DNA of 59,156 bases from Minisyncoccota bacterium (GCA_041648595.1 JBAZOQ010000004.1:1-59156), one strand, 5' to 3'; positions 9,075-19,157 are shown, counted from the stretch's first letter. Notes: a model not told the origin generated them from the sequence alone. Made by a program: numbers and translations.

Positions 9075-9497
9075 ATGCCTACAATTAATCAATTAATTAA
9101 AAAAAATAGAGTTAAAACTCATGCTAAATCAAAAACAGTTGCCTTGGCACGAGGATTTAATGTTTTAAAAAATAGACCAGTATTTTTTCCTGCACCATTT
9201 AAACGTGGCGTTTGCACGAAAGTTTCAACAACAACTCCAAAGAAACCAAACTCAGCTCTTCGAAAGATTGCTAGAGTACGTTTGACTAATGGTATGGAAG
9301 TCACAGCCTATATTCCAGGAGAAGGACATAATTTACAAGAACACTCAGTTGTAATGCTTCGCGGAGGACGTGTTAAAGATTTGATCGGAGTAAGATATCA
9401 TATCGTACGAGGAGTATTAGACACACAAGGAGTCGAGAAACGTAGACAAAGTAGGTCTCTTTATGGAAATAAGAAACCCAAGATTAGTAAAAAGTAG
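9075..9497 (+). CDS. rpsL: 30S ribosomal protein S12
   Basis: [10 protein letters not shown]...[10 protein letters not shown]. Confidence 0.97.
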   Translation: MPTINQLIKKNRVKTHAKSKTVALARGFNVLKNRPVFFPAPFKRGVCTKVSTTTPKKPNSALRKIARVRLTNGMEVTAYIPGEGHNLQEHSVVMLRGGRVKDLIGVRYHIVRGVLDTQGVEKRRQSRSLYGNKKPKISKK

Positions 9498-9582
9498 AAA
9501 GTAATCAAGTTCATCAAGTAAATATATAAATTAATTTAACTTTATACTTTAAAAACTTTATGAACTTTATAACTAAACAAAT

Positions 9583-10053
9583 ATGAGAGGTAAAGTAAAA
9601 AATAGAAATATAGTTGGTCCGGACTTTGTATATAATTCTCAAAAATTAGAGAAGTTTATTAACTATGTCATGTGGTCTGGGAAAAAAGAAACTTCTAGAA
9701 AAATAATGTATAAGGCTTTTGATGTTATTAAAGAAAAAACTGGTAATCCAAATCCACTTGAAATTTTTGATTTAGCAATGAAAAATGCTGGTCCTTTGAC
9801 TGAAGTAAGGTCTAAACGTATTGGTGGTGCAAACTATCAAGTACCAAGAGAGGTCAGACCTGAACGTCGTTTAGCTCTTGCTATGCGATGGATTCGTGAT
9901 GCTGCTAGAAAAACAAAAGGAAAGCCTATGTATATTAAATTAGCGGATGAATTGATTGCCGCTTCTAAAAATGAAGGTGCTGCTATTAAAAAGAAAGAAG
10001 ATACTCACAAAATGGCAGAAGCCAATAAAGCTTTTGCTCACTTTGCTTGGTAG
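9583..10053 (+). CDS. rpsG: 30S ribosomal protein S7
   Basis: [18 protein letters not shown]; ends in W. Confidence 0.97.
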   Translation: MRGKVKNRNIVGPDFVYNSQKLEKFINYVMWSGKKETSRKIMYKAFDVIKEKTGNPNPLEIFDLAMKNAGPLTEVRSKRIGGANYQVPREVRPERRLALAMRWIRDAARKTKGKPMYIKLADELIAASKNEGAAIKKKEDTHKMAEANKAFAHFAW

Positions 10054-10090
10054 TTCGACTATGCTCACTATAAATAATAAATAAAAATAT

Positions 10091-12253
10091 ATGGAACGAG
10101 ATTATCCACTAGAAAAAGTTAGAAATATTGGAATTATTGCACATATTGATGCAGGAAAAACAACCACCACAGAACGTGTTCTTTTTTATACTGGGGTATC
10201 TCATAAAATAGGTGAAGTTCATGATGGTGAAACTGTTACTGACTGGATGGAACAAGAAAGAGAGCGTGGTATTACTATTACTTCTGCTGCTGTTACTTGT
10301 TTTTGGACACCTACATATTCTGACATAAAAGATAAAAGTAAAAAACACCGTTTTAATATTATTGATACACCAGGGCATATAGATTTTACTGTTGAAGTAA
10401 AAAGGTCACTTCGAGTGCTCGATGGTGCTGTTGTTGTTTTTGATGGAGTTGCGGGAGTTGAGCCACAGTCAGAAACAAATTGGCGTTATGCTGATGAAGC
10501 GAAAGTTCCTCGTATTTGTTTTGTTAATAAATTAGATAGAATAGGCGCTGATTTTGAACATTCATATGCTACAATTTTAGACCGTTTGACAAAAAAAGCT
10601 GTCCGAATGCAAATTCCGATTGGTTTGGAAGAAAAACATGAAGGGGTTATAGATTTGCTCACCATGAAGGCATTTTATTTTGAAGGAGAAATGGGGAATA
10701 AAGTTATTGAAAAAGACTTAGATACTTTGCCAGAAGAAATGAAAGCTCCTGCAGAAAAATATCATCATGAACTTATTGAAAAAATTGTAGAACAGGACGA
10801 TGATGTTATGAATGATTATTTAGAAGGAAAAATTCCTGATATGGTTGTTTTGAAAAAACTTTTGAGAAAAGGTGTTATAGCTAATGAAATTTTTCCAGTA
10901 TATGCTGGTTCAGCTTTGAAGAATAAAGGTGTCCAGTTGGTACTCGATGGTGTTGTCGATTATCTTCCTTCACCACTTGATATCCCTTCAATAACAGGTA
11001 CAGATCCAGATCATAATGATGAACCTATTGTTAGGAATGCTAGAGACGAAGAACCTTTTTCAGCTTTAGCATTCAAAGTTGCGACAGATCCATTTGTTGG
11101 GCAACTTATTTTTTTTAGAGTTTATTCTGGAACCTTAACTGCTGGTTCTTATATTTATAATCCAAGAACAAGAAACAAAGAACGTATTGGTAGAATATTA
11201 CGTATGCATGCGAACGATAGAGAAGAAATGAAAAAAGTTTTTGCTGGAGAAATTGCAGCTGCTGTAGGACTTAAAGATACTATTACTTCTGATACTATTT
11301 GTGACGAAGAACACCCAATAGAATTAGACAGAATAATTTTCCCTGAACCAGTCATACAACTTCGTATTGAACCAAAGACAAAAGCCGATCAAGAAAAAAT
11401 GGGTATGGCTCTTAATCGTCTCGCACAAGAAGATCCAACATTTAAAGTTTCTACTGATCAAGAAACAGGGGAGACAATTATTGCTGGAATGGGAGAACTT
11501 CATCTTGAAATTATTGTTGATCGTATGAAGAGAGAATTTACCGTTGAGGCTAATGTTGGTAAACCACAAGTAGCTTATCGCGAGACAATTATTGGTACAG
11601 CAGATGCAGAAGGTAAATATATTAAACAATCTGGTGGACGTGGAAACTATGGTCACGTTAAAATTAAAGTTAAACCTATGGCAGTGTTGACTAAAGAACA
11701 AGAAGAAAAATTACCTAAAAATACAAAGAGAGCAAACGGATTTGAATTTATAAATACAATTAAAGGAGGTGTAATTCCTCAAGAATATATTGCTCCTTGC
11801 GAGAAAGGTTTTAGAGAAGGTCTTGATAGGGGAGTTCTTGCTGGATTTAAAATGGTAAATGTTTCAGTAGAGCTTTGGGATGGATCTTATCACGAAGTGG
11901 ACTCAAATGAAATGGCATTTAAAATTGCAGCTTCTATGGCGATACAAGATGCGTGTAGGAGTGCAAAACCAGTAATTTTGGAACCAATGATGAAGGTTGA
12001 AGTTGTCACACCAGAGAAATTTATGGGAGATATCACAGGCAATCTTTCTTCAAAACGTGGACTTATTGAAGGTATGGAAGATAGAGGAATGAATAAAGCT
12101 CTTCGTGCAGTTGTGCCTCTTTCTGAAATGTTTGGATATATGACAGGACTTCGTTCTATGACAGAAGGCCGTGCATCATTTACTATGGAATTCTTACGTT
12201 ATGACATTGTCCCTAACAATGTCGCTGAAACTATCATTGCGGCTAGGAAATAA
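10091..12253 (+). CDS. fusA: elongation factor G
   Basis: [20 protein letters not shown] and NKLDR motifs. Confidence 0.98.
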   Translation: MERDYPLEKVRNIGIIAHIDAGKTTTTERVLFYTGVSHKIGEVHDGETVTDWMEQERERGITITSAAVTCFWTPTYSDIKDKSKKHRFNIIDTPGHIDFTVEVKRSLRVLDGAVVVFDGVAGVEPQSETNWRYADEAKVPRICFVNKLDRIGADFEHSYATILDRLTKKAVRMQIPIGLEEKHEGVIDLLTMKAFYFEGEMGNKVIEKDLDTLPEEMKAPAEKYHHELIEKIVEQDDDVMNDYLEGKIPDMVVLKKLLRKGVIANEIFPVYAGSALKNKGVQLVLDGVVDYLPSPLDIPSITGTDPDHNDEPIVRNARDEEPFSALAFKVATDPFVGQLIFFRVYSGTLTAGSYIYNPRTRNKERIGRILRMHANDREEMKKVFAGEIAAAVGLKDTITSDTICDEEHPIELDRIIFPEPVIQLRIEPKTKADQEKMGMALNRLAQEDPTFKVSTDQETGETIIAGMGELHLEIIVDRMKREFTVEANVGKPQVAYRETIIGTADAEGKYIKQSGGRGNYGHVKIKVKPMAVLTKEQEEKLPKNTKRANGFEFINTIKGGVIPQEYIAPCEKGFREGLDRGVLAGFKMVNVSVELWDGSYHEVDSNEMAFKIAASMAIQDACRSAKPVILEPMMKVEVVTPEKFMGDITGNLSSKRGLIEGMEDRGMNKALRAVVPLSEMFGYMTGLRSMTEGRASFTMEFLRYDIVPNNVAETIIAARK

Positions 12254-12262
12254 AATTTAAAT

Positions 12263-12290
12263 TTGACATTATTTTTTAATTTGCTACTAT
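12263..12290 (+). promoter_or_regulatory. sigma70-like promoter TTGACA-16-TACTAT for tuf
   Basis: TTGACA 12263-12268 and TACTAT 12285-12290, followed by hairpin aactgc-actttc-gcagtt plus a T-run. Confidence 0.45.
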
Positions 12291-12537
12291 GCTAACAACT
12301 GCACTTTCGCAGTTTTTATATTGCCGAGTGAGTGAAATCGCGGAAAACTTTATGTTTTACATGATTCACGAACGATGGCAATACAAGGTTTCCTTATATT
12401 GTATTTTTATAAATTTATTAGTTAATTAAGTTAGTAATAAGGCCTTAGTGACTTCCTCCAGAGGCGGACAGGGGGTTCTCGTACACTGAGTTCTCATTAT
12501 TAGTCAACCCCTCGACTAAGCTCGGGGCAAGAAAATT

Positions 12538-13731
12538 ATGGCAGAAGAATTTAAGAGAGATAAACCACATATCAATGTGGGTACAATTGGTCACGTTGAC
12601 CATGGAAAGACAACTTTAACAGCAGCAATACTTCATGTGCTTAATATGGCTGGTAAAACAGTTAGACTTCGTGGTGTTGATCAAATTGATAATGCTCCAG
12701 AAGAAAAAGCTCGTGGAATCACGATTAACATTTCTCACAATGAGTATGCTACTGACGCTCGTCACTATGCACACATTGATGCCCCAGGACATGCTGACTA
12801 TATTAAAAACATGATTACAGGTGCCGCTCAAATGGATGGTGCTATTTTGGTGGTTGCAGCTACTGATGGTGCTATGCCACAGACTCGTGAACATGTTCTT
12901 CTTGCAAAACAAGTTGGTGTTCCAAAAATGATTGTGTTTTTGAATAAGTGCGATATGGTTGACGATAAAGATATGCTTGATTTAGTAGAAGAAGAAATTC
13001 GTGAACTTCTAACCAAACAAGGTTATGATGGTGCAAATGCTCCTATTATTAGAGGCTCTGCTCTTAAAGCCCTTGAAGCTAAAGATTTAAATGATGAATG
13101 GGCAAAGAAAATTCTTGAACTTACAGATGCACTTGATACTTATATTCCAATTCCAGTACGAGATATTACAAAGCCATTTCTTATGCCAGTTGAAGATATA
13201 TTCTCTATTGAAGGCCGTGGTACTGTCGTAACAGGAAAGATAGAAAGAGGTATTGTAAAAGTTGGTGAAGAAATAGAAATTGTTGGAATTAAACCTACTC
13301 AGAAATCAACTGTTACAGGTATTGAAATGTTTAATAAGAATCTTCAAGAAGGTATGGCAGGAGACAATGCTGGTGTACTTTTACGAGGTCTTAAAAAAGA
13401 AGACGTTACCAGAGGTCAAGTTCTTGCAAAACCAGGTACTGTTACTCCTCATGATAATTTTACTTGTGAAATATATGTTTTGAAAAAAGAAGAGGGTGGA
13501 CGTCACACTCCATTTTTCAAAGGTTACAAACCTCAATTTTATATTCGTACGACAGACGTTACAGGTGATGTCACCTTAGCAGAAGGAGTAGAAATGGTTA
13601 TGCCTGGAGATACAGTAAAAATTACAGTTAAATTAGTTACACCAGTTGCTCTTGAAGAAGCGCAAAGATTTGCTATTCGTGAAGGAGGTAAGACTGTTGG
13701 TGCTGGAGTGGTCACAAAAATATTAGGGTAG
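12538..13731 (+). CDS. tuf: elongation factor Tu
   Basis: [18 protein letters not shown] and NKCD motifs. Confidence 0.98.
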   Translation: MAEEFKRDKPHINVGTIGHVDHGKTTLTAAILHVLNMAGKTVRLRGVDQIDNAPEEKARGITINISHNEYATDARHYAHIDAPGHADYIKNMITGAAQMDGAILVVAATDGAMPQTREHVLLAKQVGVPKMIVFLNKCDMVDDKDMLDLVEEEIRELLTKQGYDGANAPIIRGSALKALEAKDLNDEWAKKILELTDALDTYIPIPVRDITKPFLMPVEDIFSIEGRGTVVTGKIERGIVKVGEEIEIVGIKPTQKSTVTGIEMFNKNLQEGMAGDNAGVLLRGLKKEDVTRGQVLAKPGTVTPHDNFTCEIYVLKKEEGGRHTPFFKGYKPQFYIRTTDVTGDVTLAEGVEMVMPGDTVKITVKLVTPVALEEAQRFAIREGGKTVGAGVVTKILG

Positions 13732-13734
13732 CTA

Positions 13735-13800
13735 TTAGGCACTAGGCACTAGGCGCTAGCAAAAAATGCTAAAGCCTAAAGCCTAAAGCCTAAAGCCTAA
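13735..13800 (+). repeat. heptad-periodic imperfect hairpin ((C)CTAAAG x4 arm) between tuf and rpsJ
   Basis: Left arm ttaggcactaggcactaggcgctagc, loop aaaaaat, right arm gctaaagcctaaagcctaaagcctaaagcctaa. This gives 5-bp helices separated by 2x2 mismatches every 7 nt. Confidence 0.8.
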
Positions 13801-13804
13801 AAAA

Positions 13805-14206
13805 ATGGCAACTAAAGAATTAAAAACAAAAAAAGTAAAAACTTTAACTGAAAAAAAGATTAAAAAAGTTTCTCCTAAGAAAGAAAAAAAAGAAGATAGT
13901 AAGGTGATACTTCGTATTCGGGTTCGTGCTTATGAGAGCAAGATTTTAGATGCGTCAGTCAAACAAATTATAGATACAGCTATGCGTTATGATGCAGAGA
14001 TTGTTGGACCAGTACCATTACCTACAGAAATAAAAAAATATACAGTTAATCGTGCGTCTTTTATTTATAAAAATACACGAGAACAATTTGAAATAAGAGT
14101 TCATAAAAGATTAATTGATATTATAAATCCAAATGCGAAAACAGTTGAAGCTCTTACTAATTTATCTCTTCCTTCTGGAGTTGATATTGATGTAAAGATG
14201 TTGTAG
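13805..14206 (+). CDS. rpsJ: 30S ribosomal protein S10 with lysine-rich N-terminal extension
   Basis: IRVRAYESKILDASVKQI...; about 30 extra N-terminal residues. Confidence 0.9.
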   Translation: MATKELKTKKVKTLTEKKIKKVSPKKEKKEDSKVILRIRVRAYESKILDASVKQIIDTAMRYDAEIVGPVPLPTEIKKYTVNRASFIYKNTREQFEIRVHKRLIDIINPNAKTVEALTNLSLPSGVDIDVKML

Positions 14207-14269
14207 AAAATAAGGAGTGAAGCGACTATATTTTCAAAATCCGCCTATGGCGGACTGTAGAACAAAATT

Positions 14270-14884
14270 ATGAAATTTATATTGGGAAAAAAAGAGAATA
14301 TGACTGAGTATTTTTCAGAAGATGGAAAGGTTTTTCCAGTAACCATTGTTAGAGCAGGGCCTGTAACTGTTACTAAAGTATTTGAAAAAGCTAAAGATGG
14401 ATATAATTCTGTGCAAGTAGGTTTTGGTGTTCAGAAAGAACACAGAATAACAAAAGGAAGCAGGGGTGCCATGAAGGGAGGTTTTTATAAAGAACTTAAA
14501 GAGTTTAGGTTAAAACCACAAGATACAATTGATTCTAAAGAAGGAGATGTTGTTGATGTTTCAATTTTTGAAGTAGGAGACAAACTTCAAATTTCAAGTA
14601 TTTCTAAGGGTAAAGGTTTTCAAGGTGTTGTAAAGCGTCATGGTTTCCATGGAGGCCCACGTTCACACGGTCAAAAGCATTCTGAAAGAGAACCAGGTTC
14701 TATCGGTGGAGGACTTCGAACACATGTTCCAAAAGGAATGAGAATGGCTGGAAGAATGGGCAGTGATCGTATTACACAAAAGAATTTGAAAGTTATTTTT
14801 ATAGATAAAGAAAACAATATGATGCTTATAAAAGGAGCAATAGCAGGTAAGCGCGGAACTTTAGTTGAAATTGTAAGTCGTTAG
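14270..14884 (+). CDS. rplC: 50S ribosomal protein L3
   Basis: FQGVVKRHGFHGGPRSHG. Confidence 0.95.
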   Translation: MKFILGKKENMTEYFSEDGKVFPVTIVRAGPVTVTKVFEKAKDGYNSVQVGFGVQKEHRITKGSRGAMKGGFYKELKEFRLKPQDTIDSKEGDVVDVSIFEVGDKLQISSISKGKGFQGVVKRHGFHGGPRSHGQKHSEREPGSIGGGLRTHVPKGMRMAGRMGSDRITQKNLKVIFIDKENNMMLIKGAIAGKRGTLVEIVSR

Positions 14885-14915
14885 TAATATAAATTATAGA
14901 AAAGATATAAAAATA

Positions 14916-15575
14916 ATGGAAGCAATAATATACAACCAAAAAGGAGATAAAGCAGGAGTAATTAAATTGCCATCTAAGGTTTTTGAAGCTAAGTGGCGTG
15001 CAGACTTAGTGCATCAGGTTGTAGAAGGTATGCGTTCCAACAAACGTTCAGGAACAGCAGATACGAAAGATCGTGGTGAAGTTAGCGGTGGAGGAAAAAA
15101 GCCATGGAAACAAAAAGGAACAGGACGTGCTCGTCATGGATCAATACGTTCACCTATTTGGGTAGGAGGAGGAGTTACTCATGGACCACTTTCCGAGAAA
15201 AATTATAAGAGAAAGATTTCAAAGAAAATGCGCGCTCAAGCTTTATTTTCTGTTCTTTCAAAAAAGATGAAAGATGAGGAGATACTTTTTGTTGATTCTC
15301 TTCTTTTATCTGAAGTAAAAACAAAAAAAGCATTAGAAGTTATGAAAAATCTTTCTAAGGCTTCTGGTTTTAAACCAATTGCAGCTTCGAAAAAACCTAG
15401 AATTCTTGTTGCATTATATGAAAGAAGTGAAAAAATAGAAAAAAGTTTTAGAAATTTACCACAGCTTGAAATAGTTTTTATTAAGAATTTAAACCCGCTT
15501 GATGTTTTAAAATATCAATATCTTTTAATAGAAAAACCCGAAGAGAGTATAAAATTTTTAGAATCCCGTGGTTAA
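14916..15575 (+). CDS. rplD: 50S ribosomal protein L4
   Basis: KPWKQKGTGRARHGSIRSPIWVGGG. Confidence 0.95.
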   Translation: MEAIIYNQKGDKAGVIKLPSKVFEAKWRADLVHQVVEGMRSNKRSGTADTKDRGEVSGGGKKPWKQKGTGRARHGSIRSPIWVGGGVTHGPLSEKNYKRKISKKMRAQALFSVLSKKMKDEEILFVDSLLLSEVKTKKALEVMKNLSKASGFKPIAASKKPRILVALYERSEKIEKSFRNLPQLEIVFIKNLNPLDVLKYQYLLIEKPEESIKFLESRG

Positions 15576-15651
15576 TCCGCCAAAATTTTTTATGAAACTA
15601 AGGTAAAACATTAAAATTAAGAAATATTAAAAAATTTAGGCGGATAAATTT
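15574..15651 (+). repeat. stop-to-start bridging inverted-repeat element, copy 1 (rplD/rplW junction)
   Basis: aatccgccaaaatttttt ... aaaaaatttaggcggat; about 96% identical in the arms to 25855-25932. Confidence 0.85.
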
Positions 15652-15933
15652 ATGAGAGATATAATATTAAAAACAATAAAAAATGGAAGAGTAACTGAAA
15701 AGGCAAGTAGTGCTTTTGAAAAAAATGTTTATATTTTTAATGTGGCAACATCTGCGAACAAGAAAGAGATAAAGAAGGCTATTTTTTCACTTTATAAAGT
15801 GAAACCTATAAAAGTGAATGTTCTTCCTATTCCATATAAGAATATTATTTCTAAGGGTAAAAAAGGTGTAAGGGGTGGAGGAAAGAAAGCTATCGTTTAT
15901 TTAAAGAAAGAAGATAAGATAGAATTTATTTAA
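15652..15933 (+). CDS. rplW: 50S ribosomal protein L23
   Basis: Position in the operon, size, and the KVNVL...KKAIV pattern. Confidence 0.9.
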   Translation: MRDIILKTIKNGRVTEKASSAFEKNVYIFNVATSANKKEIKKAIFSLYKVKPIKVNVLPIPYKNIISKGKKGVRGGGKKAIVYLKKEDKIEFI

Positions 15934-15959
15934 CTACGAGCTTAACGCCACATAAATTT

Positions 15960-16808
15960 ATGAAAACATATAAACCTACAAGTAAATCAAGGAGACAGAT
16001 GACGAACATTAATTATCGTGAGTTTTTAACCGAGACTAAACCTACAAAGTCTCTTACTTATGGTTTTAGACGTTCTGTCGGTAGAAATAGTGCTGGGCGT
16101 ATCACAATGAGACATAAAGGTGGGGGACATAAACGTCTTTTTCGTGATGTCGATTTTTTATATAATAAAAAAGATATTCTCGCAAAAATAAAATCTATTG
16201 AATATGATCCAAACAGAAGCGCATTTATTGGTTTAGCTCAATATAAAGATGGAGAAAAAAGATATGTAGTTCTTCCAAAATCTGTAAAACCGGGAATGTC
16301 ATTTATTGTTTCAGAAAAAGCAGAACTTACAGCTGGTAATAGATTGCCGTTAAAAAATATTCCAGTTGGAACATTTGTTTATAATATTGAATTAAAACCA
16401 AGAGGAGGTGCTAAGATTGGCCGTTCAGCAGGGATTTTTGCACAAGTTGTGGCAAATGCCGATGGTTATACAAACTTAAAAATGCCTTCATCTGAAGTTA
16501 GAAAAATTGATGAAAAATGTTGGGCATCCATTGGCACTGTTTCAAATGAAGAACATCATTTGGAAAATTACGGCAAGGCAGGAAGAAGTCGCTGGAAGGG
16601 AATTAGGCCAACAGTACGAGGTACAGCTATGAATCCAGTAGACCATCCATATGGAGGTGGAGAAGGAAGACAAGGCCGTGGTACGAAGCGTCCAAAGACT
16701 ATGTGGGGCAAGGTAACAGGAGGACGCAAAACCCGCACCCCAAAAAAATATTCAAATGTATTTATGGTAACTCGTAGAAAGACAGGTAAGTCTCGAAAGT
16801 CACAATAA
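15960..16808 (+). CDS. rplB: 50S ribosomal protein L2
   Basis: RHKGGGHKR and GTAMNPVDHPYGGGEG. Confidence 0.97.
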   Translation: MKTYKPTSKSRRQMTNINYREFLTETKPTKSLTYGFRRSVGRNSAGRITMRHKGGGHKRLFRDVDFLYNKKDILAKIKSIEYDPNRSAFIGLAQYKDGEKRYVVLPKSVKPGMSFIVSEKAELTAGNRLPLKNIPVGTFVYNIELKPRGGAKIGRSAGIFAQVVANADGYTNLKMPSSEVRKIDEKCWASIGTVSNEEHHLENYGKAGRSRWKGIRPTVRGTAMNPVDHPYGGGEGRQGRGTKRPKTMWGKVTGGRKTRTPKKYSNVFMVTRRKTGKSRKSQ

Positions 16809-16820
16809 AAAATATATATT

Positions 16821-16851
16821 AAAAAAATGGAAGTAAAGCTTCCATTTTTTT
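16821..16851. terminator. strong bidirectional intrinsic terminator directly after rplB
   Basis: aaaaaaatggaag-taaag-cttccattttttt. Confidence 0.7.
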
Positions 16852-16871
16852 GTTTTTTAGTGTGTAAGTGC

Positions 16872-16900
16872 TTGCATTTAATTTGTACATTTTGTACAAT
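16872..16900 (+). promoter_or_regulatory. promoter TTGCAT-17-TACAAT with palindromic operator
   Basis: The palindrome ttgtaca-ttt-tgtacaa (16883-16899) overlaps the spacer and the -10 box. It lies 7 nt before the antitoxin ATG. Confidence 0.5.
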
Positions 16901-16906
16901 ATAGGT

Positions 16907-17164
16907 ATGAATATAAAAACACTTTCAACCACAGAAGCACGTGAACAGATAAGCGAGCTTATAAATATTGTGTCTACAAGTCGTAAATCTATTGTTATTG
17001 GACGTAGAAACGTGCCAGAGGTTGTTCTTATTCCTTTTCCAACATTTTGGAATGGAAAACTTTCAGAGATAACAAATATTAATGCATATTCTAAAAGTTT
17101 TGATTTTTTAAATGATGAACCAGAAATTTATTCAGTACGAGATATAAAACAAAAATATGCATAA
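16907..17164 (+). CDS. Phd/YefM-like antitoxin
   Basis: 85 aa, EAREQISELIN...IGRRNVPEVVLIP. It overlaps the toxin start by 8 nt. Confidence 0.6.
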   Translation: MNIKTLSTTEAREQISELINIVSTSRKSIVIGRRNVPEVVLIPFPTFWNGKLSEITNINAYSKSFDFLNDEPEIYSVRDIKQKYA

Positions 17165-17498
17165 AATTGGACACATAGTTTTAACTCCTTTTCCATTTAC
17201 CGACCTTTCTGGTGAGAAAGTTCGTCCAGCTCTTATTCTTGGAGTACAAAACAAAGGAGATGATATTACTGTATGTTTTATTTCTTCTCTTGTTTCAGAT
17301 AAAATTCATAATTTTGACATTTTAATAGATTCAGAAGATAAGTCTTTTAAAAAGACAGGTTTAAAATCAAAATCAATCATAAAAGTTACAAAAATAGCTA
17401 CCCTTGATAAAGCAGTAATTCTGGGACAGATTGGTGAGTTAGATGCTAAAAATATGAAGAAAGTAAGGAATATTTTAAAAGTCTATTTTGAGTTATAG
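17157..17498 (+). CDS. PemK/MazF-family toxin
   Basis: GHIVLTPFPFTDLSGEKVRPALILG, the SH3-like MazF N-terminus. Confidence 0.75.
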   Translation: MHKIGHIVLTPFPFTDLSGEKVRPALILGVQNKGDDITVCFISSLVSDKIHNFDILIDSEDKSFKKTGLKSKSIIKVTKIATLDKAVILGQIGELDAKNMKKVRNILKVYFEL

Positions 17499-17611
17499 GA
17501 GTATTTAATAATTTATATTTTATTTTAAATTATATGAATATTACACAACATATTTGAAATTCTGCAACTAGATTTTAAATGACTTAGTAAATTTAATGTT
17601 CGTTTTAGAAT

Positions 17612-17639
17612 TTGACTTTATTTTATATTTTGATATGAT
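17612..17639 (+). promoter_or_regulatory. re-start promoter TTGACT-16-TATGAT upstream of rpsS
   Basis: Followed by hairpin aagctc-gttag-gagctt plus a T-run (about 17646-17668), then rpsS ATG 17677. Confidence 0.45.
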
Positions 17640-17676
17640 GACATGAAGCTCGTTAGGAGCTTTTTGTTTAGTATAT

Positions 17677-18024
17677 ATGACACGATCAATCAAAAAAGGT
17701 TTAAATATAGATGAAAAATTATTGGAAAAAATAGCTGGTAAAAACCCGCTTCAAACTCCAATGATTAAGACCTGGAAGCGCGCTTGTCAGATTTCACCTG
17801 AAATGGTTGGTTTTGTTTTCGGTGTTCATAATGGTAAAACTCATATAGAAGTTCTTGTGACTGAAGACATGGTTGGACACAGACTAGGAGAATTTTCACC
17901 TACAAAGAAATTTATGAAGCATGGAGGAAAGATGCAAAAAGAACTTGAGCAAAAGAAAAAAGAGGCTGAAATAACTCAAGCAAAATCTGCTACAGCAGCA
18001 GCTGCAGATGCAAAAAAGAAATAA
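17677..18024 (+). CDS. rpsS: 30S ribosomal protein S19 with K/A-rich C-terminal extension
   Basis: GVHNGKTHIEVLVTEDMVGHRLGEFSPT. Confidence 0.95.
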   Translation: MTRSIKKGLNIDEKLLEKIAGKNPLQTPMIKTWKRACQISPEMVGFVFGVHNGKTHIEVLVTEDMVGHRLGEFSPTKKFMKHGGKMQKELEQKKKEAEITQAKSATAAAADAKKK

Positions 18025-18031
18025 AAATAAC

Positions 18032-18454
18032 ATGAAAGCATTTTTAAAAAATTACAGACAAGCACCAAGAAAAGTTCGTTTAGTTGCAGGATTAATTAAA
18101 GGAAAAAGCGTAGAGGAAGCTATTCCTATGTTAGATTTTTTAGTTAAACGTGCAGGGTTTCCGATTAAGAAACTTTTACTTTCAGCTGTTGCAAACGCAC
18201 TTCAAACTGGAGTAGCAAAAGAAAATTTATATATAAAAGAATTACGAGTAGATAAAGGAATTGTAATGAAAAGAATGATGCCAGCAGCTATGGGTACGGG
18301 GCATAGAATAAATAAGCGTACAAGCCACGTGACTCTTTTATTAGCTGAGAAAGCTGAAAAGAGTAAAAAAGAGAAACCAATTAGTAAAGTTATTTCAAAA
18401 GTTATAGGTAAAACAAAAAAAGTTTCAACAAATAAGGTTGGAATTAAAAAATAA
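18032..18454 (+). CDS. rplV: 50S ribosomal protein L22
   Basis: APRKVRLVAGLIKGKSVEEA. ATG 18032 is preferred because it does not overlap rpsS. Confidence 0.9.
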   Translation: MKAFLKNYRQAPRKVRLVAGLIKGKSVEEAIPMLDFLVKRAGFPIKKLLLSAVANALQTGVAKENLYIKELRVDKGIVMKRMMPAAMGTGHRINKRTSHVTLLLAEKAEKSKKEKPISKVISKVIGKTKKVSTNKVGIKK

Positions 18455-18456
18455 TT

Positions 18457-19125
18457 ATGTCAAAAATAGTTCACCCATATGCCCATAGATTGATTATATT
18501 AAGAGATTGGAAATCTCATTGGTTTGCCGACCCTAAAAAATATTGTGATTATTTAAAAGGAGATGTTTTAGTACGTGAATATTTAGAAAAAAAGTTACGT
18601 GGTATGTATGTTTCTTCTATCGAAATAGAAAGAAACCAAAAAACAACTCGTTTTGTTATTAGAACTTCTCGTCCTGGTCTTATTATTGGAAGAAATGGAG
18701 AAGGGGTAACAAAATTAAAAAATGATATTTTAAAGAAGATTGAAAAACTAAAACTTACAAAATCAGAAGATTTTAAATTGGAAATTGTAGAAGTAGGAAA
18801 TCCAGAAGCTGATGCAGCAATCGTTGCATATATGATAGCGGAGGGATTAGAAAAAAGGATGCCATATCGTAGAGTTATAAAACAAGTTCTTGAAAAGGTT
18901 ATGGTGGCCCACGGAGTAGAAGGGGCTAGAGTAGTGTTGTCTGGACGTTTAGGTGGAGCTGAAATTGCTCGTACAGAAGAACTAAAACGAGGAAGTATAC
19001 CTCTTCAGACTTTTCGTGCTGATATTGATTTTAAAAGAGAACGTGCACATTTGCCGTATGGTGATGTCGGTATAAAGGTTTGGATTTATCGTGGTAAAAT
19101 CTTTTCCAAAAAACAAGAAAAATAA
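18457..19125 (+). CDS. rpsC: 30S ribosomal protein S3
   Basis: KH domain and the LSGRLGGAEIAR motif. Confidence 0.95.
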   Translation: MSKIVHPYAHRLIILRDWKSHWFADPKKYCDYLKGDVLVREYLEKKLRGMYVSSIEIERNQKTTRFVIRTSRPGLIIGRNGEGVTKLKNDILKKIEKLKLTKSEDFKLEIVEVGNPEADAAIVAYMIAEGLEKRMPYRRVIKQVLEKVMVAHGVEGARVVLSGRLGGAEIARTEELKRGSIPLQTFRADIDFKRERAHLPYGDVGIKVWIYRGKIFSKKQEK

Positions 19126-19157
19126 TTAACTATGAGTTTAACACCACATAAAATTAT

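Noticed and set aside
10055-10076. Resemblance of CGACT..GCTCACTATA (also CGACTCACTA at 41682) to the T7-type phage RNA polymerase promoter core.
   Set aside because: The match is short and partial, and no single-subunit RNA polymerase is in the window. The simpler reading is that these belong to the local GC-box repeat family.
10109-13742. Many antisense or out-of-frame ORFs inside fusA and tuf (for example 10109-10378, 11324-11701, 12616-12912, 13539-13742). Similar ORFs lie inside rplE, rpsE, rplO/secY, ftsH, hsdM, hsdR, recG and the phosphohexomutase.
   Set aside because: They lie entirely within well-supported conserved genes on the other strand or in another frame. Their composition is low-complexity and they have no recognisable motifs.
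13735-13800. The heptad arrays (also 38982-39053) as possible CRISPR arrays.
   Set aside because: The repeat units are 7 nt with no spacers, and the two arms are complementary. No cas genes are present.
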